This document shows, in pieces, positions 8,881-16,925 of a stretch of 64,000 nucleotides of DNA (position 1 is the stretch's first letter; each line of letters starts with the position of its first letter). The DNA is from Escherichia phage vB_EcoM_CRJP21, in the sequence record OQ708376.1. One strand, given 5' to 3'. The translations under genes and the position numbers were made by a program. Under the pieces are notes generated by a model that saw only the letters and a list, made by a program, of their open reading frames with translations, was not told the origin of the DNA and made no database searches.

Positions 8881-8966
8881 AATCATTAGCTTATTACAGT
8901 TCGGCCCTGGTCGGTGCATTGATCGCGGCATTGTTAGTAACCTATCTATTCTTTATGGTGATTTAA
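8877..8966 (+). CDS. small hydrophobic peptide (29 aa, single predicted TM helix)
   Basis: ATGA overlap with upstream stop; MKSLAYYSSALVGALIAALLVTYLFFMVI. Confidence 0.4.
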   Translation: MKSLAYYSSALVGALIAALLVTYLFFMVI

Positions 8967-9110
8967 ATGAATCCAACAGGTTTAAACTATAAAAGTTGTT
9001 CTGCATTTACGAAAGCAAATAAAGCGAATGCACGTAAAGCGAAAGTACAGGAATACATCAAGCAAGGCATGACGCGAAAAGCGGCGATTATAAAAGCTAA
9101 AAATAAATGA
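8967..9110 (+). CDS. small basic protein (47 aa)
   Basis: TAAATG coupling; K/R-rich. Confidence 0.4.
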   Translation: MNPTGLNYKSCSAFTKANKANARKAKVQEYIKQGMTRKAAIIKAKNK

Positions 9111-9202
9111 AAAAAGTGGTTGACTTCGGTCAGCCATTTTGTTATTATATATTCATTGAGAGATAGCTCACTAGCCCACAGGGTGCAGGAGTGTATCTAT
9201 TG
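9111..9202 (+). repeat. intergenic cassette copy A: hairpin-embedded promoter (R3) + R2 28-mer
   Basis: TTGACT-17-TATTAT inside inverted repeat, then AGCCCACAGGGTGCAGGAGTGTATCTAT. Confidence 0.55.
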
Positions 9203-9320
9203 TATGAGTATTGAGTACTGAAAACTATTTTTAAAAAGTACTTGCAAACTATCTCAATAAGCGTATAATGTTTTACATCGAAAGGGGAAACGGTTTCCCC
9301 TGGTAATAAGGAAACAAATC

Positions 9321-9662
9321 ATGACTATCTCAATTGCTCAATCTAACTTTGAAAATGAAATCATCGCCCAGGCACTGCGTTTAAATGATGGTCGGGCCGA
9401 AATTAATTACGGTTTCAATTCAGGCGGTTGCGAAAAATATCAGTACTTTGTAACGGCTGATGGCGGTGTCCTGGGTATCAATACAGTTATTGTAAACATC
9501 CAAAAAATTAATTTCAATGATCCAGACGATAGCCAGTTTTACATCACTGGCGTAGACGTGAACTATGAGGATGACTCACTAACTGATGATCACACTGGCG
9601 AGCGGTTAGAAAGTGCATACGGTGAAGATGATTATCAGTCCGGTCCAGAAGATTTCGAATAA
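9321..9662 (+). CDS. hypothetical protein (113 aa)
   Basis: track ORF; promoter 9242-9269 + GGGGAAACGGTTTCCCC hairpin. Confidence 0.65.
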   Translation: MTISIAQSNFENEIIAQALRLNDGRAEINYGFNSGGCEKYQYFVTADGGVLGINTVIVNIQKINFNDPDDSQFYITGVDVNYEDDSLTDDHTGERLESAYGEDDYQSGPEDFE

Positions 9663-9758
9663 TATAAAAAAATAGTTTGACAATAGATTATAGTACTGTA
9701 TAATAGTTTACATCAAGGGGAGAAAAACTTCTCCCCACTAACAGAGAGAGAAAACAAA

Positions 9759-9971
9759 ATGGCTAATATCCGGTCGAAATTAAAAAATGCAAAACAAGTT
9801 TTATTTTCAGATCATGAATACTTTAATAAAGATATTACAGGAGTTACAAGTATCAAGGAAGTAAAAGAAAAAACCGGCGTTTTGTGTGATGTGCGATTAG
9901 TTGGAACATTTGGGAATAACGTGCTATATCGCTGCGGTGATTACAATTTTACACTGACTATCATTAACTAA
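9759..9971 (+). CDS. hypothetical protein (70 aa)
   Basis: track ORF; promoter TTGACA...TGTATAAT + hairpin. Confidence 0.6.
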   Translation: MANIRSKLKNAKQVLFSDHEYFNKDITGVTSIKEVKEKTGVLCDVRLVGTFGNNVLYRCGDYNFTLTIIN

Positions 9972-10053
9972 AAATATTATCACAGTACTATTGACATAGT
10001 TTGATAGTACTGACATAATAACTTTTATCAACTACACTATTAAGGAATTAAAA

Positions 10054-10233
10054 ATGGCTATCATCGCAAAAACTGAAATCGTTGGTCTGGATTCTATCAT
10101 CATGACGTTTGAAGATCAAAAAGGTATGTATGTAGTTTCATATGGTGATTATGTTCGGGAGTATGAAACGGTAGACGAAGCCTTTGAAAGTTACATTCGC
10201 CAGGTGAATAAAGCATACGACGATTACCGCTAA
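10054..10233 (+). CDS. hypothetical protein (59 aa, not in track), MAII-start paralog group
   Basis: hand translation MAIIAKTEIVGLDS...; class-II promoter upstream; replaces track minus ORF 10100..10300. Confidence 0.55.
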   Translation: MAIIAKTEIVGLDSIIMTFEDQKGMYVVSYGDYVREYETVDEAFESYIRQVNKAYDDYR

Positions 10234-10332
10234 AATATATTACCAGTACTATTAAAGATATTGACAACGTTTGATAGTACTGTATAATAAGTTTTATCAA
10301 CAGTAGTTAACTTAACCTAAGAGAGAAATAAA

Positions 10333-10476
10333 ATGATCGCACTGGATTCATTCATCGACGCAGTACTGGCAAAAACTGGCGAGGATCTGACCGCAGAACA
10401 ATACGCAATGATCGAGCAATGCCAGCAAGACGGTAAATCGGTGAAAGATACTGTTAAGATTATCCGCAAGATGTAA
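10333..10476 (+). CDS. hypothetical small protein (47 aa, not in track)
   Basis: class-II promoter + RBS AAGAGAGAAA; terminator follows. Confidence 0.5.
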   Translation: MIALDSFIDAVLAKTGEDLTAEQYAMIEQCQQDGKSVKDTVKIIRKM

Positions 10477-10482
10477 GATTAT

Positions 10483-10512
10483 AGCCCACTGGTTAACGCT
10501 GGTGGGCTTTAA
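10483..10512 (+). terminator. candidate terminator hairpin (contains Chi octamer GCTGGTGG at 10498-10505)
   Basis: AGCCCAC-loop-GTGGGCT, weak T-run. Confidence 0.4.
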
Positions 10513-10581
10513 TTCATTACCCTATACAATGCCAGTACTAAACCGTTTATCTCGTTAGAATGCGTTACAGGACGTTTAACA

Positions 10582-10779
10582 ATGATTAGCATGAAATCAG
10601 TACAAAAACAAATAGAAACATTATCAAAAATTAAACGTAAACAGTACTCCTTAGAATATACAATCAATGGTAACTATCATCTAATGAAAGAGAATAATTT
10701 TATAGTCATTGATGAATCATTGCAAATCATTAGTATAGTACTGAAAGCATTAATCAATGACAGAAAAAAATTAAAATAA
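10582..10779 (+). CDS. hypothetical protein (65 aa; alt start 10591)
   Basis: track ORF preceded by R4 motif. Confidence 0.45.
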   Translation: MISMKSVQKQIETLSKIKRKQYSLEYTINGNYHLMKENNFIVIDESLQIISIVLKALINDRKKLK

Positions 10780-10874
10780 ACTATTGACAATATCATCAAG
10801 TACTGGCATAATACTTACATCAAGACGAGAACGTCACTAACCCATAGGGTGCACAAATGTAACTGTATAATATT

Positions 10875-10905
10875 GATCAAAAAATGATCTGATCAATACT
10901 TGATC
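10875..10905. promoter_or_regulatory. cluster of four GATC sites (three TGATCA palindromes) in 31 bp
   Basis: direct read; intergenic. Confidence 0.5.
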
Positions 10906-11110
10906 AATTTGCGTAAAGTAGTATAATTCTATGCAGTTGGTTAGACGAAAGGTTATGATTAGTAGTGCAAGTGTATAAAAATTTTCATGGTGTATCGTTT
11001 CGCACATATGGGGATGAATATGTGGTATCATGTGGATTGGAAAAAGTAAGAACAAGTAATATTATTGTCGCATTACAGTACTATAGTATTTTTATAATGA
11101 GGTTAAAATA

Positions 11111-11368
11111 ATGGCTGTAGGATTCGCGAAAGATGGGGCCGAACAAGACGAGATTAACGCAGTGATTCAGGCCGCCGTTAACCACGCTAGAAAGCAAATT
11201 AACGCACAAATAGAATCACTGATACATTGCCTCGACTGCGGCGATATAATCCCTGAGAATCGACGCCAGGCCGTTAAGGGATGTAAGTACTGCATAACTT
11301 GCCAGGAGGATCATGATAGTACTTTTAAACGTCCCCCGCGTAATTGTTGGCATAGATCTATGAGATAA
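11111..11368 (+). CDS. TraR/DksA-family C4 zinc-finger protein
   Basis: CLDCGDIIPENRRQAVKGCKYCITC matches CxxCG-x3-IP-x2-RR-...-C-x2-C signature. Confidence 0.65.
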   Translation: MAVGFAKDGAEQDEINAVIQAAVNHARKQINAQIESLIHCLDCGDIIPENRRQAVKGCKYCITCQEDHDSTFKRPPRNCWHRSMR

Positions 11369-11431
11369 AAAGTATTGACAGTACTGAAAGATAGTGTATA
11401 ATGTTTTATATCTTAACTGAGGATAGAAATC

Positions 11432-11788
11432 ATGGGAATACAACATATCACGCGTACTACTGACAATGGCGAGATCACTGGTTATCAAGTACAGGGCAAA
11501 GTAGCACAATTGCAGTACTGGTTTGTTAAACGTGGAATCATTGCACCGGATCTTGATTATGACCGTGTAGCGTTTATTGATTCTCTTTATGTTGATCCTG
11601 ATAGTCGGGGCAATGGTGAAGGTAACGAATTAATGAATGCCTTTATTGATGCCGCCGATGATTCAGATTGTATCATTTTAGAATGCGATACGGGAGAAGA
11701 TAACGCCTTTAATCTTAAAGAATGGTACGAAGGTTTCGGATTCGAGGTACTGATCGATAGTGAATATCCTATCATGATTTTATCATAG
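11432..11788 (+). CDS. putative GNAT-like acetyltransferase (small)
   Basis: RGNGEGNELMNAFIDAA resembles GNAT motif A; assignment tentative. Confidence 0.4.
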   Translation: MGIQHITRTTDNGEITGYQVQGKVAQLQYWFVKRGIIAPDLDYDRVAFIDSLYVDPDSRGNGEGNELMNAFIDAADDSDCIILECDTGEDNAFNLKEWYEGFGFEVLIDSEYPIMILS

Positions 11789-11866
11789 TACTTGCATTTA
11801 GTTTTCAGTAGTGTTATAGTACTTACATCAAGGGGAAACATCTTCCCCTACTAAGAGGAAATGAAA

Positions 11867-12055
11867 ATGGAAAACTTATCAAGTATTTTAGTACAAGATG
11901 ATTTCGGTAATCCTGGAAGTGCTATCATTGTTCGGGGTAATAAAGCAACATTTGTTATTGCTGGTGGACCTGTACAGCGTAGCATTAAAAACAATGCCGT
12001 TACTATTAATAATGTACGCTATCGCTTAGATAAAGAATTGATTCATAAACTGTAA
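11867..12055 (+). CDS. hypothetical protein (62 aa)
   Basis: second ATG, 7 nt after AAGAGGA. Confidence 0.55.
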   Translation: MENLSSILVQDDFGNPGSAIIVRGNKATFVIAGGPVQRSIKNNAVTINNVRYRLDKELIHKL

Positions 12056-12082
12056 TATTAATTTAATAGAGGATAACAATAA

Positions 12083-12406
12083 ATGTACATTCATACTACT
12101 ATCACAAAGGAAGTCCGTTGCCAGTTCGAAAGTATTCCGGGCGTATGTTTCATCACTGGTACGTTTTCCCCTGGTGATCGTGATAATCCAGTACTGTTAC
12201 AATTACGCCATCCATCATGGGATAAAGCATTTGATCTACCGTTGAATGAATTCGCAACTACTGCTGAAAAGTACATTAAAAATATTCGCGAGAATGATCG
12301 ACTATTCATTAATGCTTTTAGTGATTCCGCGTTAAGCGAGATCCACGGTGTATTGGTTGCAATCATGGAATCAATGGAGAAAACTAAATTCAAACAAGGT
12401 GAATAA
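12083..12406 (+). CDS. hypothetical protein (107 aa)
   Basis: track ORF; RBS AGAGGA. Confidence 0.6.
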   Translation: MYIHTTITKEVRCQFESIPGVCFITGTFSPGDRDNPVLLQLRHPSWDKAFDLPLNEFATTAEKYIKNIRENDRLFINAFSDSALSEIHGVLVAIMESMEKTKFKQGE

Positions 12407-12412
12407 AAACTA

Positions 12413-12440
12413 TTGACAAGATAATCTAGTACTGTATAAT
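12413..12440 (+). promoter_or_regulatory. sigma70-like promoter with extended -10 (TTGACA, 16 bp, TGTATAAT)
   Basis: consensus boxes. Confidence 0.65.
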
Positions 12441-12489
12441 AAGTTACATGAAGGGGAGAAATGATTCTCCCCACTGAGAGGAAAGAAAA

Positions 12490-12702
12490 ATGCAAGGTCA
12501 ACTAATCGTTCGTAAATGGTCTGATACTAACGCTAAACCGTGGGATGTACAATACATCGGACCGGATGGGGTATCACGTTATCAGCCTGGCGTAACGCAT
12601 AGTACTGAGCAATATGCCGCCGCTCACCGCGAACGCCTGTTAGAATCCATGAAACAGGGATACGGTGAAAAATTCATTCAAGATCATTGGCTGAAAGATT
12701 AA
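12490..12702 (+). CDS. hypothetical protein (70 aa)
   Basis: track ORF; promoter + hairpin. Confidence 0.6.
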   Translation: MQGQLIVRKWSDTNAKPWDVQYIGPDGVSRYQPGVTHSTEQYAAAHRERLLESMKQGYGEKFIQDHWLKD

Positions 12703-12719
12703 TATAAGGAGTACAGCTT

Positions 12720-12812
12720 ATGCAAATGAATCCGATGATTATTGTTTTAGCTGTACTTATGATCATTCATGCAATAGTAGAAGTATTAACGCAATCAGGA
12801 GTAATAAAATGA
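12720..12812 (+). CDS. small hydrophobic peptide (30 aa, predicted TM)
   Basis: strong RBS TAAGGAG 8 nt upstream; MQMNPMIIVLAVLMIIHAIVEVL... Confidence 0.5.
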   Translation: MQMNPMIIVLAVLMIIHAIVEVLTQSGVIK

Positions 12813-12982
12813 TTCAAGTAGAATTATCAGTACTGAAAGATCTGTTTTATCGGTTAGGTACTACTGGCGAGTATCCTAAAAGTGATACCGCAAAACTTTT
12901 TGTATCACTCGACTTATGGCAACGCGAACAATTAGTAATGTCCTGGCGTAAAGGTAAAGCAGATAGCGAGGTGAAAGCATGA
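12809..12982 (+). CDS. hypothetical small protein (57 aa, not in track)
   Basis: ATGA coupling to upstream peptide. Confidence 0.45.
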   Translation: MIQVELSVLKDLFYRLGTTGEYPKSDTAKLFVSLDLWQREQLVMSWRKGKADSEVKA

Positions 12983-13128
12983 AAGAATTCTTATTCGAAG
13001 TAGTGTTTCAAGGTGTCGGTAGTAACCAACTGATTCGCTCAAGTGGTTACAATGTTAACCAGGCATGGAATAACATTAAACAAATGTACCCGAACGCTAT
13101 CACCTATCGCAACCCGAAACAAGTTTAA
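12979..13128 (+). CDS. hypothetical small protein (49 aa, not in track)
   Basis: ATGA coupling. Confidence 0.45.
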   Translation: MKEFLFEVVFQGVGSNQLIRSSGYNVNQAWNNIKQMYPNAITYRNPKQV

Positions 13129-13137
13129 AAATAATTG

Positions 13138-13234
13138 AAAAAGGGATTGACTCCGGTCAGTCCCTTTGCTATTATATACGCATAGAAACAAATCAGCCCA
13201 CAGGGTGCATAAATGTATCTATTGTTTGCTGGTG
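13138..13234 (+). repeat. intergenic cassette copy B (R3 hairpin-promoter + R2) followed by Chi octamer 13227-13234
   Basis: near-identical to copies at 9111, 16409, 18667. Confidence 0.55.
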
Positions 13235-13299
13235 GCTAGTACTGAAAACTATTTTTAAAAAAGTACTTGCATTGTACTTAGAATCAAGTATAATGTTTT

Positions 13300-13375
13300 A
13301 CATCAGGACGGGGAACGAAACAAGTAACCCCGTTAAGTAGTCCAGGAGTAAGACATAAGAAAACCTCCCCTGATA
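13300..13375 (+). ncRNA. candidate structured leader / small RNA (copy 2)
   Basis: about 90 percent identical by eye to 3390..3465; between tandem promoters. Confidence 0.35.
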
Positions 13376-13443
13376 AAATAGTTTGACAATAGAAAGTAAA
13401 CGAGTATAATACTTACATCAACCACTGATAAGGAAACATTAAA

Positions 13444-13719
13444 ATGCGGATTCTACTGACAGCTAACGAAATCGAACAAGTACTGACTACTAACCTGGAA
13501 GACTGGAAACGTGAAGCAGATATCCAGGCGGTTCAACGGCTTAACGATGAGTTAACGCCGGATGACTTAAGCAAGATTGTAGATCCTCAATTCTACGAAG
13601 ATATCCACGACACCGCGTTAAGCGTCGAGGATGTACTAGATAAGCACTACATTGATATTGATTTGCAGGTTTACGGTCGTAAAAACTTTATCACTATTCA
13701 CGACATTTACAATAATTAA
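13444..13719 (+). CDS. hypothetical protein (91 aa)
   Basis: track ORF; promoter TTGACA-16-TATAAT at 13382-13409. Confidence 0.65.
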   Translation: MRILLTANEIEQVLTTNLEDWKREADIQAVQRLNDELTPDDLSKIVDPQFYEDIHDTALSVEDVLDKHYIDIDLQVYGRKNFITIHDIYNN

Positions 13720-13805
13720 GTATTGACAAAGTATCTTAGTACTGTATAATAGTTTACATCGAGAGGGGGAATGGTTCCCCTCCTAACAAAGAGAGAGAAA
13801 TAAAA

Positions 13806-13988
13806 ATGGCTAAATGCACTATCTGTAAGAAAGAAATCGTATTAGTTCCAAGTGCCCGTGAACGTGCCGCTCGGTTCGGTGGCAAAGCGTCAGACTATAC
13901 AAAAATGTTTACTACCCATGCAGCTTGCCAGGTAGCAAAACGTTCACAAGAAAGCGTAGAATTAATGCGTAAACTTTCCAAAAAATAA
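13806..13988 (+). CDS. hypothetical protein (60 aa, Cys-containing)
   Basis: track ORF; promoter + GGGGGAATGGTTCCCCTCC hairpin. Confidence 0.6.
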   Translation: MAKCTICKKEIVLVPSARERAARFGGKASDYTKMFTTHAACQVAKRSQESVELMRKLSKK

Positions 13989-14077
13989 GTATTGACAAAG
14001 TATCTTAGTACTGTATAATAGTTTACATCAAGCGAGGGGAATGGTTCCCCTCCTAACTAAAAGAGAGAGAAATAAAA

Positions 14078-14401
14078 ATGGCTATGATCCTTACCCAGAA
14101 AGTAGAACTGAAAATTGTAACCTCCTTTGACATTAAAGTTAATCGCTGGACTGATCGGAACGGTAACACTTACCACTCTTGCTACGTGTCCGCGTTAATT
14201 GGCGACCGCTGGGAAGACTTGGGACATGAAACCTTTACTTACGGTTACGGTACACAAGGAGAATACACGGGCTTGGAGATCATTAAAGAAACCGTTATAG
14301 GTTTCAACCCGAAAGAAAAAGTTATTCACCGCATCGAAAAAGAGATTAACAAAGAAATAACAGTTCGCTACTACGATGTAAAACGTAAGAAAGACATGTA
14401 A
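14078..14401 (+). CDS. hypothetical protein (107 aa), paralog of 7447..7770
   Basis: promoter/leader duplicated from the 13727 copy. Confidence 0.65.
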   Translation: MAMILTQKVELKIVTSFDIKVNRWTDRNGNTYHSCYVSALIGDRWEDLGHETFTYGYGTQGEYTGLEIIKETVIGFNPKEKVIHRIEKEINKEITVRYYDVKRKKDM

Positions 14402-14496
14402 TAGAATCCATTTAAAGTACTATTTGACATTGCCCAGATAGTACTTTATAATAGACTCTAACTTGTAGTACTAACTCAACTAATAGGATGTATACC

Positions 14497-14892
14497 ATGA
14501 TTACTAAATTCTACGCTACCCGTGAAGCTGCCCGTATTGTTGCACGCGAGGAAGGAGCAGCATTTAAAGACATGGGCAAAGATGCACCGAAAGGTCAACG
14601 CTGGGCCGTACAGTTCAAAGAAATCTCTGATATCGTGAATTCACCGGAGCCAGTACTAACAGCAGCAGAACTAAAACGAGCGGATTTACTGGCGGCAGTA
14701 CTTAACGCACAAGATGAATTTATCGCTGATTCTGATATCAAAGTACAGACAAACCATACCGCTTGGACTCACGCGGATCACCTGGCAAACCTTAAGCGTC
14801 CAAGTGAACTGGTTCGCAACCAGAAAGAGATCCGACACGACCGTAAGGGTAATCGTGTAACAGTATACAGTAAACGCCGCCAGGTTATCTAA
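14497..14892 (+). CDS. hypothetical protein (131 aa), paralog of 2520..2786
   Basis: ATG 8 nt after TAGGA; shared motifs. Confidence 0.6.
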   Translation: MITKFYATREAARIVAREEGAAFKDMGKDAPKGQRWAVQFKEISDIVNSPEPVLTAAELKRADLLAAVLNAQDEFIADSDIKVQTNHTAWTHADHLANLKRPSELVRNQKEIRHDRKGNRVTVYSKRRQVI

Positions 14893-14914
14893 TAACTTGC
14901 AGTACTAACAACAC

Positions 14915-14940
14915 GGCGGGATCAGTTCCCGCCTTTTTTA
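14915..14940 (+). terminator. rho-independent terminator
   Basis: GGCGGGA-tcagt-TCCCGCC + TTTTTT. Confidence 0.75.
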
Positions 14941-14954
14941 TAGGATAAACTAAA

Positions 14955-15209
14955 ATGATTAAGGTACAACTATCTAAAGATAATATCTTGCGGGTACACT
15001 ATAAAGCACCACAGAGAATCATCACAAAGGCCGTACAGCTTGCTAATGAGTTTATTAATGGTAACCTATTACCAAGGAAGTTAAGCAACGGAAAACTGCG
15101 TGTAATCGATGTAGACACTAACAACAGAATAGTAATTGAGAACACAGGAAAGATAAACCTATATGAACACCAACAATATAATAAGAAAATAAAACTAATA
15201 TCACGTTGA
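14955..15209 (+). CDS. hypothetical protein (84 aa)
   Basis: track ORF. Confidence 0.55.
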   Translation: MIKVQLSKDNILRVHYKAPQRIITKAVQLANEFINGNLLPRKLSNGKLRVIDVDTNNRIVIENTGKINLYEHQQYNKKIKLISR

Positions 15210-15262
15210 CAGTACTCAATTGTTTTAGTACTATGTACATATACCAACACGGGAGAAACAAA

Positions 15263-15481
15263 ATGAAATTATCTAAAATCGAAAAGAAAACTATTGATGA
15301 AGCAGTTAAGCACGGTTATACCTTTCGTAATGATTCACATTTTACCAATTTTCAACAAGGGTATCGTACTATTAAAAAACTCATTGACAAAGGTTTATTA
15401 GTTGAAGTCAATAACGGCAATGGTATTGAGTATCAACCAACACAAGACGCATTTTATTTTAAGAAATATAATATTATCTAA
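15263..15481 (+). CDS. hypothetical protein (72 aa)
   Basis: internal ATG after promoter TTGACAGTACTCAA... Confidence 0.55.
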   Translation: MKLSKIEKKTIDEAVKHGYTFRNDSHFTNFQQGYRTIKKLIDKGLLVEVNNGNGIEYQPTQDAFYFKKYNII

Positions 15482-15539
15482 TTGACAGTACTCAAATGTT
15501 TTAGTACTATATGTACATACCAACACGGGGAAAAACAAA

Positions 15540-15782
15540 ATGATTACTTTAGAAAAACGTATCAAAGAAACTACATCGCTGGTGGAACTGTTAACAGTAC
15601 TGAAATGCCGTACTACTCGGTTTAGTACACCGGACTTTATTAATATGGTTGATGTTAATGGTCGCTATCGTATCACGGTCGAACAAGGAGCGGCGAAAGT
15701 ATTCAGTACTAAAAACACTAAGGAAGTGATTCACGCTGTAAGTGTTAAAAAAGTAGTTGCCATTGATAGTAAAGTACTGTAA
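15540..15782 (+). CDS. hypothetical protein (80 aa)
   Basis: track ORF; promoter duplicated from upstream gene. Confidence 0.55.
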   Translation: MITLEKRIKETTSLVELLTVLKCRTTRFSTPDFINMVDVNGRYRITVEQGAAKVFSTKNTKEVIHAVSVKKVVAIDSKVL

Positions 15783-15813
15783 GATAGTTTCATTAACTCA
15801 AGGAGAACATGCA

Positions 15814-16398
15814 ATGCGTAATTATACTAAATTCATCCGTACCCTGTCAGAAATGGAAACCAACAAAGAGATCCTTTCAGCTTGTCGGTTAGCTGGTCTG
15901 GAGATCATCGGTGCGGGTTCTTCCCGTATTGTATTCGCTTTAAATGATCGGTTAGTGATTAAGGTCGCGAATTGTGATGCGGGTGTAGAACAAAATGAAA
16001 CTGAATGTAAGGTATGGAATTTTTTAGATTATGACCGCCCTCAATTGAAACAGTACTTTGCAAAGGTGCATATGCATTTATGCGATCCTGATAATATGTT
16101 TATCGTTATGGATCGGTTGAGTACTGCAAGTAAAGGCAGTGTAAAGCACGTAAACGCGTGCAATGAATTAAAGTACAATATTAAACGTAATGCCATTGAA
16201 CGCCAGCACCGCTTTGCTGATGCACTACAACACGTTGATGATACATTATCAACACTAACGATAAGAGATATCAGAAAACAGAATATCGGCCAGGATCGTA
16301 ATGGCCTTATTAAAGTACTTGATTACGGTTTAACCCGCAATATCTGGAATCAGTACTATAAAAAGCGTGATGTAGAAGCAAGTAAGGTAACACGATAA
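15814..16398 (+). CDS. protein-kinase-like protein (ePK/RIO/Kdo-kinase-like fold)
   Basis: Gly-rich loop IGAGSSRIVF, Lys motif VIKV, catalytic-loop-like IRDIRKQNIG, DFG-like LDYG; RBS AGGAG. Confidence 0.5.
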   Translation: MRNYTKFIRTLSEMETNKEILSACRLAGLEIIGAGSSRIVFALNDRLVIKVANCDAGVEQNETECKVWNFLDYDRPQLKQYFAKVHMHLCDPDNMFIVMDRLSTASKGSVKHVNACNELKYNIKRNAIERQHRFADALQHVDDTLSTLTIRDIRKQNIGQDRNGLIKVLDYGLTRNIWNQYYKKRDVEASKVTR

Positions 16399-16408
16399 AA
16401 AAGATTAA

Positions 16409-16498
16409 AAAAGGGATTGACTCCGGTCAGTCCCTTTGCTATTATATATTCATTGAGAGATAACTCACTGACCCATAGGGTGCGGAAGTGTATCTATT
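16409..16498 (+). repeat. intergenic cassette copy C (R3 + R2)
   Basis: near-identical to other copies. Confidence 0.55.
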
Positions 16499-16619
16499 AT
16501 ATAAGTATTCAGTACTGAAAACTATTTTTAAAAAAGTACTTGCATTGTACTTAGAATCAAGTATAATGTTTTACATAGAGAGGGGGAAATGGTTCTCCCT
16601 GGTAATAAGGAATAAAATC

Positions 16620-16841
16620 ATGACTACAATGACTTGCATTTACGCTTCCAATCTTCTGAATGATGCGGCCTTTAATGTTGATTCAGAATATCAATGTTAT
16701 CGGGATGAAAATAAAAAAGTTTTTGTAGTTGATAATAATGGTTTCCATATTGAATTACAATCCGGTTTCACTGGTGTTGATGGTAAATCAGTGTGGGGCG
16801 TACAGGATGATAAAGGCACATATCATTTTAAACGTAATTAA
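16620..16841 (+). CDS. hypothetical protein (73 aa)
   Basis: internal ATG after promoter and hairpin. Confidence 0.6.
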   Translation: MTTMTCIYASNLLNDAAFNVDSEYQCYRDENKKVFVVDNNGFHIELQSGFTGVDGKSVWGVQDDKGTYHFKRN

Positions 16842-16925
16842 GTATTGACAAAGTATATCAGTACTGTATAATAGTTTACATCAAGGGGAGAATAGTTCTC
16901 CCCGATACTAAAAGGAAACAAAATT

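Noticed and set aside
10100-10300. 66-aa minus-strand ORF in the track
   Set aside because: The + strand here encodes a well-supported 59-aa gene (10054-10233) with promoter and RBS; the minus ORF spans the next promoter.
12091-12501. 136-aa minus-strand ORF
   Set aside because: Antisense to + strand gene 12083-12406 and its downstream promoter; all supported genes in the window are on the + strand.
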